A stretch of DNA of 64,000 nt from the NCBI GenBank assembly GCA_951406725.2, contig OX597827.1, forward strand, positions 51,460,001 to 51,524,000. Reading direction: 5' to 3'. This DNA is from Octopus vulgaris (Eukaryota). This document shows positions 1 through 13,890 of the stretch, one piece after another. Position 1 is the stretch's first letter. Each line of letters begins with the position of its first letter. The notes under the pieces were generated by a model that saw nothing but the letters and a program-made list of their open reading frames with translations, did not search any database and was not told where the DNA came from. The translations under genes were made by a program, and so were the position numbers.

Positions 1-769
1 AATTTATCTTTAATTGAGCTAACACTGATGGTGGCAGCCCTAAAATTTTTAACCAAACAAGGAGAAGACAGTTTCCAGTGAAGTGTGAATTGTTTGATAC
101 TGTTTATCTGAAAGAGAGTTTGGTGCAATATTTGATGATAGCTGAAGGATAGATGCTACACAGGGCCGTCCCACTACTGTATGTAGCCCTAATATAATAA
201 TCCCTTATAAGCAATTAGTATCATACCACTAACATTAAAGAGGCTATCTGTCAGGACTAAAGAGTTCTTTCTACATTGTGTCAGCTTTTATTCAGTGATA
301 CAGATCTCTCAGACACGTTGCCTTTGCTACAGCAAGTAGAGTTCGCATCTTCATTATGTAGTTCACTAGTGAGTTTGCTCAGGTTCCCTAACTTCCTAAA
401 CAGGTCACATTCACATTCAAAGCCATGTCCTTCTTTGACATTTTCCATTTACTAGACAATTCATGCAATCTGGAGTAGATGGGCGAGTTGTTCTCAACAT
501 AAGTGCGAGGTGTCTTCATGAAACTTCATGAGCTGAAGAATTTAGTTATGAAGCTATTTCTCATAGAAAGCTTACTATAGAGCTCCACTATGACTCGAAG
601 AATGCTCAGTGTGACTTGAAGAGGCAGTTTACTATAGTAGTTTCAAGTAGTTATGGTTGTCATCAAGACATTTAACATTTGTCCATAAAAACTCCAGTAT
701 GATTAAGTAAAAAATGAGGTTGAGGTGTGTTGTGGGCTCTGAATGCAGAAGGCATGCAAAGACTAGAGG

Positions 770-1100
770 GAAATAAAGCTAGTATGTTCTGCTGGATAAG
801 CAATGTCAGTGTACATGTGTGACAGAGTTCTAGTGTACTGAGAGAACAATTAGGCATAAAAGGAATTAGATACAGTGTACAAGAGAGAAGACTGCTGGTT
901 TGGTCATGCAATGCATATGTATGAGGACAGTTGCATAAAGAAGTGCTCGTCATTTAAAGTGGATGGAACTTGTGGAAGTGGGAGACCCAGGAAGACATAG
1001 GATGAAGTATTGAAGCCACTCTCAAGATACTGAGCTTTACACAGGAGATGACAAAGAACTGAGATATCTGGCACCTTGCTATAGTCAAGAAAACCCACCC
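770..1100 (+). mobile_element. RTE-clade LINE, decayed fragment of ORF 3' end
   Basis: Homologous to the C-terminal part of the RTE copy at 50490-50816 (aatgtcagtgt...ggaacttgtggaagtgggagacccaggaagac; GTCGxGRPRKT motif). Confidence 0.75.
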
Positions 1101-1749
1101 ACCACAACAGAATTGATATACTGAAACCACTTTGTAGTGCTTGTCCATGAAGGGCTTTGCACCCAACTCTATCCTCTCTGCCCTGACAACATTTTCCCCT
1201 AACCCTGAGAGCAGAATAGGCATTACTAAATCTCCTGGCTTTCTCAGTTGCCTTTCTTCTGCCACCAATAACCATTTCCCATTATCATCCCTCACCTATT
1301 GTCTCCACCAATGACCTCCTTTCTGTATCTTCTTTCCCCTGTGCTGTTCTCCATCATTAACATTTCACTTATCTATTATCACCTTCAATGCCCTCAGATA
1401 TCAACTGTTGAGCTTCCCTATATTTTTCTCCAACATTTGCTATTGTCACCTTAATCCATTCCACTTATCCAGTCCAAATTTCACCTATTCTCACCTCCCT
1501 CAATGGCCCTCAAGGGCATGTCTTAAAACATCTTCATCATCATCTCTCTTTCTGTCACTCTCTTTAATTTACTCTCTTCTCTTCTTTTCCAACTAGAGTA
1601 TCCATGTATCTATTTTACAGCAAAACACCTATCTCTGTCCCTCTATACCTTTAATCTTTCAACTGGCACAAAGCCACACCTCACTGAGTACTACTATCCA
1701 CTCCCAGTTGAGGGGTTTTTTTTGTCTTGCAAGGTATTTAGTAACCCTG

Positions 1750-1955
1750 TTAGTGCTGGTGCCACATAAAAAAAGCACTGGTGCCACTTAAAAAGTACCC
1801 AGTAAACCCTGTGAAGTGGTTGACATTAGGAAGGGCATCCAGCTGTAGAAACCATGCCAAAAGAGACAATAAAACCTGGTATGGTCCCTGGCCTTCCCAG
1901 CTCCTGTCAAACTGTCCAACGGCCAACATGGAAAATGAACATTAAATGATGATGA
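1750..1955 (+). mobile_element. RTE 3'-UTR/tail fragment (second copy at ~2030-2175)
   Basis: gtggttgacattaggaagggcatccagctgtagaa...catggaaaatgaacattaaatgatgatgat, same tail as 22310-22477. Confidence 0.75.
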
Positions 1956-2338
1956 TTAATGCCTGTTAGCTGTTTCTGCCAATATTGCACATGTCCATAT
2001 TTCCACGTTAACAAACCAGTATACTCTGTAAAATGGTTGCTGTTAGTAAGGACATCCAGCTGTAGAAGCCATGCCAAAACAAACATTGGAGGCTCGCCAT
2101 AGTTTTCTGGTTTATTGGATCCTATCAAAGCCTCCAACCCATGCTCAAATTAAATGATGATGATGATGATGATGATATACATACATGATGGGCTTCTTCC
2201 AGTTTTTGTGTGACAAATTCACTCATAAGGATTTGGTTTGTCCAGGAATATAGTCAACCATACAGCCATGCATTTAACAATTATTTTTCTTAAGTTATGC
2301 TATCTCAGCCAATCACAGTCACTCATATTCTTCACTTC

Positions 2339-2596
2339 CAGTGGTTCCCAAACTTTTTCAGGCTGCCAGCCCCTTGACACCCAGGCCACATTCCTAGTGC
2401 CCCCACTCCAACTAACCATCACAAACATAGACCTCTTTCTGAGGCAAATTCAAAGCAAATATTTCATAAATAAACTTAACCTAATGAACTCGTTATTTTG
2501 TTGTTTTTACATTAATTACTACCCCGATTATCACCCCACCCCTGGAACGTTCCACTGTCCCCAGAGGGGCAATACCACCTACTTTGGGAACCATTG
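2339..2596. mobile_element. hAT (Charlie/MER5-like) MITE
   Basis: TIRs cagtggttcccaaa / tttgggaaccattg; 8-bp TSD not recognisable. Confidence 0.6.
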
Positions 2597-2949
2597 ACTG
2601 AAACCATTTTTTAGTTGGTTTCAAGTATTGCAGTGCAAACTTTTAGCTAATTTTATATGCCTACAAGAAATACTTGCATCCATGTTTCTTTTATATCTCA
2701 TGTTTACACTGATTATATATTAACATAGTTTCATTAAAGCTTTTTATTTATTTTAAATTGTTATTTGGAAACAATAGCATCACTGTTTACAGGTTTACCA
2801 TTGACTAATCATTGATTCAATGCATTTATAGCAGCAACAGTGACAAGGCATTATCTAATTCAATTGAACAAAGGTCAGTGCTTTTGTTCAAAAACACTGG
2901 TTTTCTCTGTTTTCTTACCAACGTTTATGTCCTTTGCTAATATTCATTA

Positions 2950-3140
2950 GCACAACGAGCAAAATGCTTAGTGTCATTTTGATCATCTTCATATTCTGAT
3001 TTCAAATTCCACCGAGGTCAACTTTACCTTTCATCCTTTCAGGCTTGAAAAAGTACGTACCAGTTGAACACTGGGGTTGATGCAATTGACTTACCCACTT
3101 TTCTAAACTTGCTGGCCTTCTGCCAAAATTTGCAATCAAT
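2950..3140 (+). mobile_element. SINE family B, diverged (other old copies ~24102-24310 +, ~27985-28095 -, ~33910-34040 +)
   Basis: tcaaattccaccgaggtcaactttacctttcatcctttc...gtaccagttgaacactggggttgatg, homologous to the young copy at 48024-48254. Confidence 0.7.
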
Positions 3141-4504
3141 GTTCATTGGTTAACTTCTTAACCACAGTTAATGCAGGCATAGCCTAGAGGTCAACACATT
3201 TGCTTTTCAACTGTTAGGTTCTTGGATAAGTGCCTTTACCATAGCCAGAAGTAGACAAAGGGAACAAGTGCTGAGAGTACAGAGTAACTCAGGTAACCAA
3301 GGAAGGAAATAGTTTGCTTCCCTACTACATAACCCCGAATTCAATGTGGCATGTTGGGCAAGAGTCTTCTCTATATAGCCCAGAGCCAACCAAAGGTTTG
3401 TGAGTGGATTTGCTAGATGTAAACTGAAAGAAACCTGTTATGTGTATATATGTCCATGTGTATGCGTATATGTATGTATATGTGTGGGTGTATGTCTCCT
3501 TGCTTTGTCATTGCATGATAGTTGTAAACGAATGTTTCCATCATGCAGTGTCCTTTTTACACAGTTTTTTGGGGAAATATTACCTTACGTGGAAACAGGT
3601 GGGGGTTAGCAGCAGCTGTAGAAAATCTGTCTCAACAAAATTCTGTTTGACCTGTGCAAGCATGGAAAAGTAGATAGTAAATTAACCACACATTCATGGA
3701 ATAACTGTCAGCTATGTTAATTAGAAGCATCATAAGCACTCAGTTCCCACACTACTAAACAGTTGTATTTATATCCAAGAACCACTGAAAATATGTATCA
3801 GAGAAGTTTAAGAATAGCTACAAGTAACTTTGTGGATGCCCTCAGCATGCAGACACTAACAATGCATCTTAATTAATTCTCATTTAATGATTTATTCTCA
3901 ACACATAAAAATTCTAAGAACAAATTACAGTTAAGAGTTCCTAATAATGAAATTATTAACCTATAATAATTGGCAACCACACAGCTAGCACCAATGCCAC
4001 CAGAAGCACCATTGTCATTAATGCAATTTTATGTTCATTTTGCTTTGTTTGCAGGTATTAACAATTCATATTTCAGCAAATATATCAATAATACATAAGG
4101 GAATATTTCATTAAAAAAGAGAAATATCATTTTAACGGCCACCATTCCATGCTTCCATGGGTTAAATGGGAATCATTGAGACAGATGTTCTTGTCACCAA
4201 TCCTCATCTGTTTCAAAGCATTAATATTTTCTTGTCAATGGACATGTTCTCACAGAAGACTGAGAATAAGTAACACTGCTTGTACAACAATGAGTCTCAT
4301 TGCATGATGTCAAGACAAAGAGACACAAACACATATGCACATACATATGTATACAATAGGTTTCTTTCAGTTTCTGTTTACCAACTCGACTTACAAGGTT
4401 CTGGTCAGCCCAGGGCTTTCATAGAAGACGCCATAAATGCTAGAGTGGAACTGAATCCCAAATTAAGTGCAACGTGACAAAAATACTAAGTAAATACAAA
4501 GTGC

Positions 4505-4985
4505 ATCATCATCATCATTTAACTTCCACTTTCCATGCTTGCATGAGTTTGACAGTTTTGACTGAGGACTGGCAAGCCAGGAAGTTGCACTAGGCGCCAA
4601 TCTGGCAAGGTTTCTACAGCTGGATGCCCTTCCTAATGCCAACCAATCCAAGAGTGTAGTAGGTGTTTTTTATGTGCTACCAGCATGGAGGCCAGTCAGG
4701 TGGCACTGGTATCAAGCACGCTCAAATGGTGCTTTTTACGTGCTACTAGCATGAGAGCCAGTCAGGCGGCACTGGCATCGACCACGCTCGAACGGTGTTT
4801 TTTACGTGTCAGTCAGGTGACATTGGCATCAGCCATGACTATGTTTTCACTTGACTCAACAGGTCTTCTTAAGCACAGCATATTGCCTGATGATTGAATG
4901 GTACTTTTAAATGGACCAGTTATGTGACACTGGCATTGGCCATGGCTACAATCTCACTTGGCTTGCTGGGTCTTCTCAAGCACAC
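4505..4985 (-). mobile_element. RTE 3'-UTR fragment
   Basis: (CAT)n tail, ctggatgcccttcctaatgccaacc, and repeated ggtgctttttacgtgc subunits. Confidence 0.8.
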
Positions 4986-7086
4986 ATATCGTGACAAGAT
5001 ATTTCAATTAGCATTTGTTTTCTAGAAGAAGCTTTTTTAACATCAGATATTTAGAAACCAGCAATATTCAGTCACAACTACAAAATTGATGTTTCTAGTA
5101 TTAATATTTTCTGTTTGTGAGCTTAAATTCACTCTTAAGTTCTTTTTCATTAATGAAATAATCATTCTTTAATTTTATCTAGTAGAGCAACGAAAACAGC
5201 CAATGTAAAAATTATTCCTGCAGAATGTAGCAGTACTTACCAAGCAGTTATTAGAAAATGGAAAATAAGAAAACAATATAAAGTATGTGCAAAAGCAAGG
5301 ATCAACAAAAATATTTTTACCTAAGAATTCAACAACTAATTAGAGGTTCAATATCATTTATTATAACAAAACTACACAATATCTCAAATTTATTACATAA
5401 TGATAGCATATTGGCATCATATAATGAGGTAGTGCACATAAATTTCACTGCTTCCCATTCAATGAATAGAAAAGTTGTTTTATATAATGGATGAAGTTAC
5501 AGTGTTTTTGTATTTATTTTACACTGGATGAGTTGGCTAGATAAACATTTAATATAAGATACCATGTATTGAAACTAGATTTTTTTTTTTTCAAATTCTA
5601 AACAATATAAACAGAAAGCAAGCAACAAAAGTTTTATGTGGTTATCTGTCAATAAGAAATAATAGATATAAGCAAATATATGTGTCCTGTTGTGTTGTTT
5701 CCAAGTAAATTGTTTTCTTTGCTGTGTATTATTACTTAAAATTTGTAATTTAGTACTTACAGGATTTAACTAATTTTTCTCAATTGGATTTGATTTTCAC
5801 ATTCCAATATGTTTTATCTTATTTAACTGATGCAGATTAAAGAATACTGCATAAGAAATGTAATTATATTCTGAATTCTTAAAAAGAAATTAAAACATAA
5901 GGAAAGTTATATGAAAGGCCTGGCATTAGGGTGGTTTAAAAAGCATGGTTCAAACCTTTAAAGCTTTTGTTAATCACAAGCAGAGTGACACATTATTAGA
6001 GTAATTAAAAACCAATAATGAGAAAACTGTCTGGATTAGTTAGAACCACAAACTTTATTTAATAAAAAAAAAAGAATAAGTTATTCAAACTTGATAACAA
6101 TCCCTACTTGAAGAAAAGAAAGGGTTTTCCATTTTTTTTTCCTTTCTAAAGTCTATAAAGTTTCATTTTATTTAATTGCATAAATGAAATTGTATTTTAT
6201 TTGGGAAAGATTAAGTGGTAAATAAGAACTTGTATGTAATTATAATAAATTTGCATGAAATGGAAAACTGGGATTTTACAGAGGGTACTTTTAAAGTATA
6301 GAATTGAGAATAACCATAGTGGTAATGCTTTGGTCAAACACCAGTGTTAATTCAATTTATAATGATTTATTTTGGCAAGGTACAAGGACCATGTTTGTAG
6401 GGAAAGGGTGTGGTTGATTGAAATAAACCCAATATGTTATGGTAGTTGATTTATCAATGCTGAAGATATAAAAAACAAAGACCGCCTCAGCAGGATTTGA
6501 ATTAAAAATATATGAATGCTATTAACAAGCTTTAACAGAGGATCATAGACTCTTCAAATATTTGTTAAACTGTGGAAATCTGTAGGTATCATTACCAATG
6601 CTAGAGCTAGAGTACAAAGAAAATCAGAGTGTAATTTCTATTGACTAATAGACTGGGAGAAGGTTAAAAGTGATTAATGAAAAAGAGAGAATGAATGAGT
6701 GGAAAACAATATTCTGTTGAGATGAATGTAAATGAAGCATATATAGTACTGTGAAGAGTGTATACATGGGTAAAAACTAATATTAAGAGGGAACAGCACA
6801 AGAAAGAGAGAGAAAATGAAAGAAAAAGAAAAATATATAAGAGCGTTGTAATTCGCTTGAAGCATTGTGATATTGAAGAGTGCGAAAAGTTTGATAAAAC
6901 CTAGGTTTTTAAAACTTTTCGCATTGTTAGAAGCTATTTTCTCTCAACATTTTTCTATATAAGTAAGATTTCTACCAATTCAAAACTGGTTGAAAGAGTA
7001 GAAAATTGGAATGAGGTGCAAAATGAAATCTAAAAAGAGAAGATATATATACATACAAACACACACACATATATATATAAATACTC

Positions 7087-7131
<45 letters not shown>

Positions 7132-7552
7132 CGTACATACATATTAGGTCATTAAATATGGAATGTCTGGTTTCCTTAACCACTAAGTTTGAGATTTACT
7201 ATCTCTGATATTTCACTTTAACAGTTCTTGGTTTTGTTTTATTGTACAGGTACATCATCACAGTTTCAAATGCAATTTTTCATTTGATTGTCTGTTTCGG
7301 ATCAACTTTTGTGAATCCATGGACATGTCAAAAATTCATGTTATTTTTGTATACGAGTTCTATTGTGGAACCAGTGCATTGCAGACAGCTTGAAACATCA
7401 ATGAGGTGTTTGGCGAGGATGTGGCTAATAAACACACAATGCGTTGATGGTTTGAGAAGTTCTGTTCTGGTGATTTTAATCCTGAAAATAAGCCACATAG
7501 GAGAACTGCGACTGAGGTGGATAATGATGTACTGAAAACTATAGTAAAAGTG

Positions 7553-7720
7553 GAGTGCCTGTGTGGTAAGTAGCTTGCTAACCAACTACATGGTTCCAGG
7601 TTCAGTCCCACTGCGTGGCATCTTGGGTAAGTGTCTTCTGCTATAGCCTCAGGCCGACCAAAGCCTTGTGAGTGGATTTGGTAGATGGAAACTGAAAGAA
7701 GCCTGTCGTATATATGTATG

Positions 7721-7759
<39 letters not shown>

Positions 7760-8107
7760 ATGTGTTTGTGTGTCTGTGTTTGTCCCTCTAGCATTGCTTG
7801 ACAACCTATTTCTTTATTACCCACAAGGAGCTAAACACAGAGGGGACAAACAAGGACAGACATAGGTATTAAGTCGATTACATCGACCCCAGTGCGTAAC
7901 TGGTACTTAATTTATCGACCCCGAAAGGATGAAAGGCAAAGTCGACCTCGGCGGAATTTGAACTCACAACGTAATGCAGACGTAATACCGCTAAGCATTT
8001 CGCCCGGCGTGCTAACGTTTCTGCCAGCTCACCGCCTTGCTTGACAACCGATGCTGGTGTGTTTACGTCCCCGTCACTTAGCGGTTTGGCAAAAGAGACC
8101 GATAGAA
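7553..8107 (+). mobile_element. tRNA-derived SINE family A, truncated, inserted in the mariner
   Basis: gtgtggtaagtagcttgc...ggttcagtcccactgcgtggca head and internal (TA/TG)n; matches fuller copies at 13038-13415 and 21178-21566. Confidence 0.85.
7807..8036 (-). mobile_element. SINE family B, young, nested in SINE A
   Basis: 13-bp TSD ttgcttgacaacc at 7794-7806 and 8037-8049; nearly identical to 48024-48254. Confidence 0.9.
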
Positions 8108-9257
8108 TGCGTTGATGGTTTGAGAAGTTCTGTTCTGGTGATTTTAAACCTGAAAATAAGCCACATAGGAGAACTGCGACCGAGGTGGATAATGATGTAC
8201 TGAAAACTATAGTAAAAGTGGATACATCTCAAACTATGCATGAATTAGCAGCAAGGTTTAACATTACTATTCCAACAATATTGGACCATCTAAAGCAAAT
8301 CAATAAGGTAAAGAAGTTGGATTGATTGTTCCTGCATGAATTAAATGAGCATCAGATGAAAAATTGTCTCAAAACTTGCTGTTCTTTGCTGCCATGGCAT
8401 AAAGGCAAACCATCTTTGCTTTGTATTGTTACAGGTGATGAAAAATGGATCCTTTTCAACAATCACAAGTGTTTGGCATGATGATTAGATAAAGATGTAG
8501 TACTGAAACACAGTCCAAAACAGAATATTCACCAAGAAAAGCTAATGGTGTCAGTTTGGTGGTCCAGTGCATGCATCATTTACTACAGCTTTATGAGACT
8601 TGGTCAGTCAATTACAGTGGATGTATACTGCAACCAATTGAATGAAATGATGAGGGAGCTTGCAGTTAAACAACCAGAGATTGGTCAATAGAGACAAAGC
8701 AATCCTCTTGCAAGACAACACAAGATGACATGTCACACAAACAACACAGCTCAAACAACAGGAGTTGGATTTGGAAATTCTCTGTCACCCATCGTATTCA
8801 CCAGACCTTGCATCAACTGACTATCACATCTTCCAGGAATCGGACCACTTCTTGCAAGGAAAAATATTCAATTCTCAAGAAGCTGTGAAAACAGCCTTTC
8901 ACCATTTCATCACCTCTCACCTCCAGGCTTCTTCACTGCCAGCATAAAGAAGTTACCATTAAGATGGCAAAACTGTGTTGATAGTATAGGTGCATACTTT
9001 GATTAATTGCACTGCTTCTTGTTTTGAGATAAAATAAAATAAAATTTCAATTTGAAATCAGACATTTCATTCTTAATAACCTAATACATACATACATATG
9101 CATACACACACGCACATATATATACACACACAAGCATATACACATATATATTTATTATGCATTATGTATACATAAATACATACATATATATACACACACA
9201 CACATCCGTATATATATGCATATATACATACATATTATGTCTTTTATATACATAAAT

Positions 9258-9294
<37 letters not shown>

Positions 9295-10218
9295 CAGGGT
9301 GTTTAAAAAAATTTGATATCATTTCACAATCTAATAATTTTGCCAGTTCTTGACTTCAAATTTTAACAGCACGTGTAGAAACAGATGAATATTTTATGTT
9401 TAATGTTTGATATGTTTATCGTTTCAGGTATAGAAATGGCATTCACTGGAAGAGGAAAGGGTGTTTTGCATGTTGGAGTATGCTTGAACACAGTCAAACA
9501 AGAGTGCAGCGTGCATGAGAGAGTTCTCTAAAAAGTCATCAACAGCAATGCAGATTTGGACGTGGCACAAAAAATTCAACGATGAAGGCTGTTCGTGCAA
9601 GGCAAAAGGATCTGGATGACCACTATCATTGAAAGAGACAGTCAAGCAGGTTCACCAAAAATTCTTGCAAAGCCCCAAGAAGTCCGTAAGAAGAACAAGT
9701 CTGGAAACCCAGATTCCTCCAATGACAGTTTGGCATGTCCTGAGGAAACGCTCGCAAATGAAACCCTATAAGGTCATAATGGTAGATGACAAGTGAAAGT
9801 GCAAACAATTCTGTATTGATGTGCAAGAGAAACTTGAAGCTGAGTTCAAGGAATGTTTTGTTTTCAGTGATGAGGCCATATTTCATATGAATGGCAAAGT
9901 CAATAAGCATAATGTTTGCATATGGGGTGAAGAAAATCCCCATGCCATAGTTGAGCATGAGGGGGACTCACCAAAAGGGAATATGTTCTGCACAATCTCC
10001 AAGAAGCATCTTCATGGCCCATTTTTTCTTTGAGGGAAATGTGACCAGTGATGTGAAATCATTCATTGAATCTACACACCTTTGAATTTCTCATTCAAAC
10101 TTGGAGGAATAAATCTTATGTTGCTCAACATTAAGCCTGTTTAGTTTCATTTGCTTTGACTATATAGTTTCTGTGATATTTACATCTTGAATGATATCAA
10201 AGTTTTTGAAACACCCTG
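9295..10218 (+). mobile_element. Tc1/mariner-superfamily element, internally deleted
   Basis: TIRs CAGGGTGTTTAAAAAAATTTGATATCATT / AATGATATCAAAGTTTTTGAAACACCCTG, TA flanks; FSDEAIFHMNGKVNKHNVCIWGEENPH; coding region breaks off after GPFF. Confidence 0.88.
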
Positions 10219-10247
10219 TATATATATGCCTATATATATACATATAT

Positions 10248-10470
10248 AAAGTTAAAGAAGTGATTTTTTTTTAATTCTCAAACACAGGACAATGCTAATA
10301 ATATAGCCTGAACAGGATAAACTACCCCTATTTTGCAGAAAAAAGTGTTGGTAGCCTGAGCTGGCTGCCAACACTTTTTTCTGCAAAATAGGGGTAGTTT
10401 ATCCTGTTCAGGCTATTTTATTAGCATTGTCCTGCATTTGAAAATTTTAAAAAATCACTTCTTTAACTTT
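10248..10470. repeat. Near-perfect foldback: ~108-bp arms, 6-nt loop
   Basis: 10248-10356 is the reverse complement of 10363-10470 with few mismatches; loop tgagct. Confidence 0.95.
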
Positions 10471-10639
10471 CCAAGACATCTCAACGCTTCTAAAGCAAAC
10501 GTCATTTATTTGTTTACTTTCATCATAATTTGAATTTAATATACATATATATTGTATATACATAAATACACACCGACATATGTGTGTGTGTGTGTGTGTG
10601 ATATATGCATGACTACATGGATATGGATGAATATATATA

Positions 10640-11877
10640 TAGAGTGTTCAAGCTAAATTGGACGATCTTTTTTTCAGGAATAGCTTGCTGTATTGGTGAA
10701 CAGTCAATGGTGTTAGAGAGCACAAAAATTAACGTTGTAGATGGAAACCAACTGAATATTGGAAAAAAATTACATGTATTAAAATGTCAACATCATGACT
10801 GCTCCTTAATGCTCTGTGAACATTGTAAAGGTTGTAAGACGTGACACGGAGACGATGCAATGGAAAACTAAGAAGCGAGCAGGAAGGGACACAGTTCTAA
10901 CTGTGTCTTGCATGCCAGAATTCATGCAACTACTGCAGGACAAGTTGAAGGAAGATCTGAGCAACGGAATCTGGGCCTTGGTGAGAGAAATGGCTGTTGG
11001 AGTCACCATCATGAAGCTGGTGCTGAATGAGGACCGTTGCTACTACTAGTATAAAAGGTGCAAGGTACAAATTCTGATAGCTAAGGCCAAGGAGAACCAC
11101 TTGATGAAGGCAAAAAAATGTTCATGAACAAGTTGAGGCATTTTGCTGAACAGGGAATGATCTGGTTTTTCTCAGATGGGAAGAACTTCTGCCAGGACCA
11201 GTTGCCCAACACCCAGAACAACAGGTGGCTTACCTGCAATCCATGTGATGTCCCATACATTATGAAAACCGAGTTCTCCCAAACCATGGTGGTCTTTGGG
11301 AGTGTCTCCAGTGAGGGTGAAATCATGATGCCTCACATCTTTGAAAAGAGCCTTAGGCTCAATTCAGATGGCTATATGAAGCTGCAGGAGACTCTGGTCA
11401 ATCCCCGGTTGGAATGGGTTGCTGCTAGAAGGCAAGATGTGTGGCAGCAGGATTCAGCCCTTTTCTATCCCTCCAGAAAGAGTCAGAAGTACTTGTCAGA
11501 GAATTTCTACAACTTCAACAGCCCCAATTTCTAACCTCCTAATTCTCCCAATTGTAATCCCATGGATTACATTATTTGTGGGGAGCAGTTGAGAAAGGCA
11601 CCAACCACTCTGCTTGCAAGATCCAGGATGGGCTAGTGGCAACGTTCAAGGTGTTTGAAAACATTCCCAGGAACACAATGAGGAACACACATGCCAGGTT
11701 CTGGAGCCATCTTAAGGCTGTGGTAGAAATTGAGGGTGGCTACTTTGAATAAACTGTTATCTCCCAGCCATAATCTAGTTGATATTTTTTGATTTTTTAA
11801 AATACTTTATTTTTGAATGGGATTTTATATTTTCTTTTCCTTTTATGCAAACTACCAAATTCAGCCTAAACACCCTA
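10640..11877 (+). mobile_element. maT-type (DD37D) Tc1/mariner element, pseudogenised
   Basis: Degenerate TIRs (agagtgttcaagctaaattgg / ccaaattcagcctaaacaccct); WFFSD...WQQD, then 37 codons (one a stop) to NPMDY. Confidence 0.85.
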
Positions 11878-11912
11878 TATATAATATATACATATAGACA
11901 CAAGTGTATATA

Positions 11913-12500
11913 TAAGAAAATGAGAATGACAAAGGAATAAATAATTATCTTATGAACTTCGTTAGCTTACAGATGTTTCTAATATAAGATGTAGTGGACC
12001 CATAGTCGAGTGCCTCAAATATGAAGTACATTTTATTCAGGAAAAACAACTACATTCATGCATAAACACAGAAAAGCATTATCAATTAGAAAATGAAATC
12101 CAGGCGCCCCACCCATAATTAGAATAAGTTTAATATTAAAGTGTGTACAAGGATAGGTATATTTTCATATGTGTATGTATATGAATACATATAATTTTAC
12201 TGATAGATCAAATTATTGTTTCTCAATATTGGAGTATACCTATCTTTATACACACTTTAACATTAATTTTATTCTTATTATGAGAAGAGCTCCTGGATTC
12301 CATTCTGTACATACTTATTTTCTCATTGGTAATACTTTTTCTAAGTGTATGCATGGGTGAAACTGTTTTTCCCAAATAAATTGTACTTCATATTTGAGGC
12401 CTTCGTGTGTTCAGGCACTCAACTATGATGAGTTCACTGCAACTTATAGCAGTAACAGCTCATACGATAATTCATTATTCCTTAATCATTTTTATTTTCT
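11913..12500. repeat. Diverged long inverted repeat, Penelope-like terminal-repeat relic
   Basis: ~11913-12170 mirrors ~12225-12500; decayed hammerhead-like residue (tgatgag...gtaacagct; gaaacatctgta on the - strand). Confidence 0.65.
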
Positions 12501-12569
12501 TATTACCACTCTGTACTCGACTAATGCCTTTTTATTGAGCTCAGTTATTAGTATCAATACTTAAGTGAG

Positions 12570-12616
<47 letters not shown>

Positions 12617-12649
12617 ATTATATACATCTTATATATATATTATATATAC

Positions 12650-12684
<35 letters not shown>

Positions 12685-12885
12685 TATACATATATTATAT
12701 ATACAAATTATATACTTTATAATTAGGGTTCAGCAAAGATTTGCTTTACCACATACCGAAGTTTAGAAATAGCAGTTTTTTTCATGCTGAATTCTACTTG
12801 GTGAAATTATTGATTACTTCTTAATTAATTAATTTTACCCCTTGTTATTACAAATTATATATATATATATATATATATATCATAT

Positions 12886-12945
<60 letters not shown>

Positions 12946-13036
12946 TTATATATATGTGTGTGTGTATGTGTGTATATATATATAAATATGTACATCTTAT
13001 ATATATATGTGTGTGTGTATGTATATATATATATAT
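12570..13036. repeat. (TA)n/(TG)n microsatellite field
   Basis: Directly visible; similar tracts at ~15475-15648, ~20670-20710 and ~55268-55445. Confidence 0.95.
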
Positions 13037-13037
13037 A

Positions 13038-13415
13038 GGTGCAAGAGTGACTGTGTAGAAAATAGCTTGCTTACCAACCACATGGTCCCACTGCATGGCA
13101 CCTTGGGCAAGTGTCCTCTACTATAGCCTCGGGCCAACCAAAGCTTGAGAATGGATTTGGTAGATGGAAACTAAAAGAAGCCCATCATGTGTGTGTGTAT
13201 GTGTACATGTTTGTGTGTCTGTGTTTGTCGCCCCAACATTGCTTGAGAACCAATGTTGGTGTGTTTATGTCCCTGTAAATTAGCAGTTCAGCAAAAGAGG
13301 CTAATAGAACAAGTACTAAGCTTACAAAGAATAAGTCCTGGGGTCTATTTGTTCAACTAAAGGTGGTGTTCAAGCATGGCCACAGTCAAATGACTGAAAC
13401 AACTATAAGAATAAA
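13038..13415 (+). mobile_element. SINE family A, near full length (others ~21178-21566 -, ~44788-45140 +, ~46604-46895 -, ~62575-62725 +, ~62957-63335 +)
   Basis: tRNA-like head, internal TG tract, 3' aaggtggtgttcaagcatggccacagtcaaatgactgaaac, A-rich tail. Confidence 0.85.
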
Positions 13416-13852
13416 AAAATATAATATAATATATAAGAATAATGGACAATGGAGACAAACGAGCAAGATGCTATTTAAGTCTTTTCTATCACCACATTAC
13501 TGACATGTTTAAATACATGCATTAAAATAAATCCAAGAGAAGGAATAATGTGGAACAATGCATCTATCAAAACATATGTTGGTAATATGTTGTAAATGAC
13601 ATAAATAATATTTTGGCTGTTTGTCTCCATTTTCCATTATTCTTATGTTCTGCAAAACACGTTGCAAGTGTGATTACTAAGTCCTAGGATGCTTATATGA
13701 CATCTGGCTACCTTGTAACTGTTCCTCTGGATCTTTCCTATAGATTGAACATTCACTAATATAATAATATAATATATAATACTATAATACATATATATAT
13801 AATATAAATATATATATATACTTTATTTAAAAGCAGTAAAATTCAACAAAAC

Positions 13853-13890
13853 CTGTTACTCGGAGTTTCACGTTCCCGTTCGTCGGACAG
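13853..13890 (-). ncRNA. Type-I hammerhead motif, U4C core variant, on a ~30-bp extended stem
   Basis: - strand: CUGU CCGACGA ACG-GGAA-CGU GAA ACU-CCG-AGU A ACAG; flanks 13821-13852 and 13892-13924 pair. Confidence 0.6.

Larger units (their letters stand above)
7144..9084 (+). mobile_element. mariner (DD34D) transposon with pseudogenised transposase, interrupted by nested SINEs
   Basis: TIRs TTAGGTCATTAAATATGGAATGTCTGGTTTC / GAAATCAGACATTTCATTCTTAATAACCTAA, TA on both sides; VTGDEKW (~8428), QDN (~8711), HPSYSPDLASTDYH motifs; stops and frameshifts. Confidence 0.9.

Noticed and set aside
60-660. GC-richer block that might be a decayed coding sequence
   Set aside because: Many stops in the frame examined and no motif I can recognise
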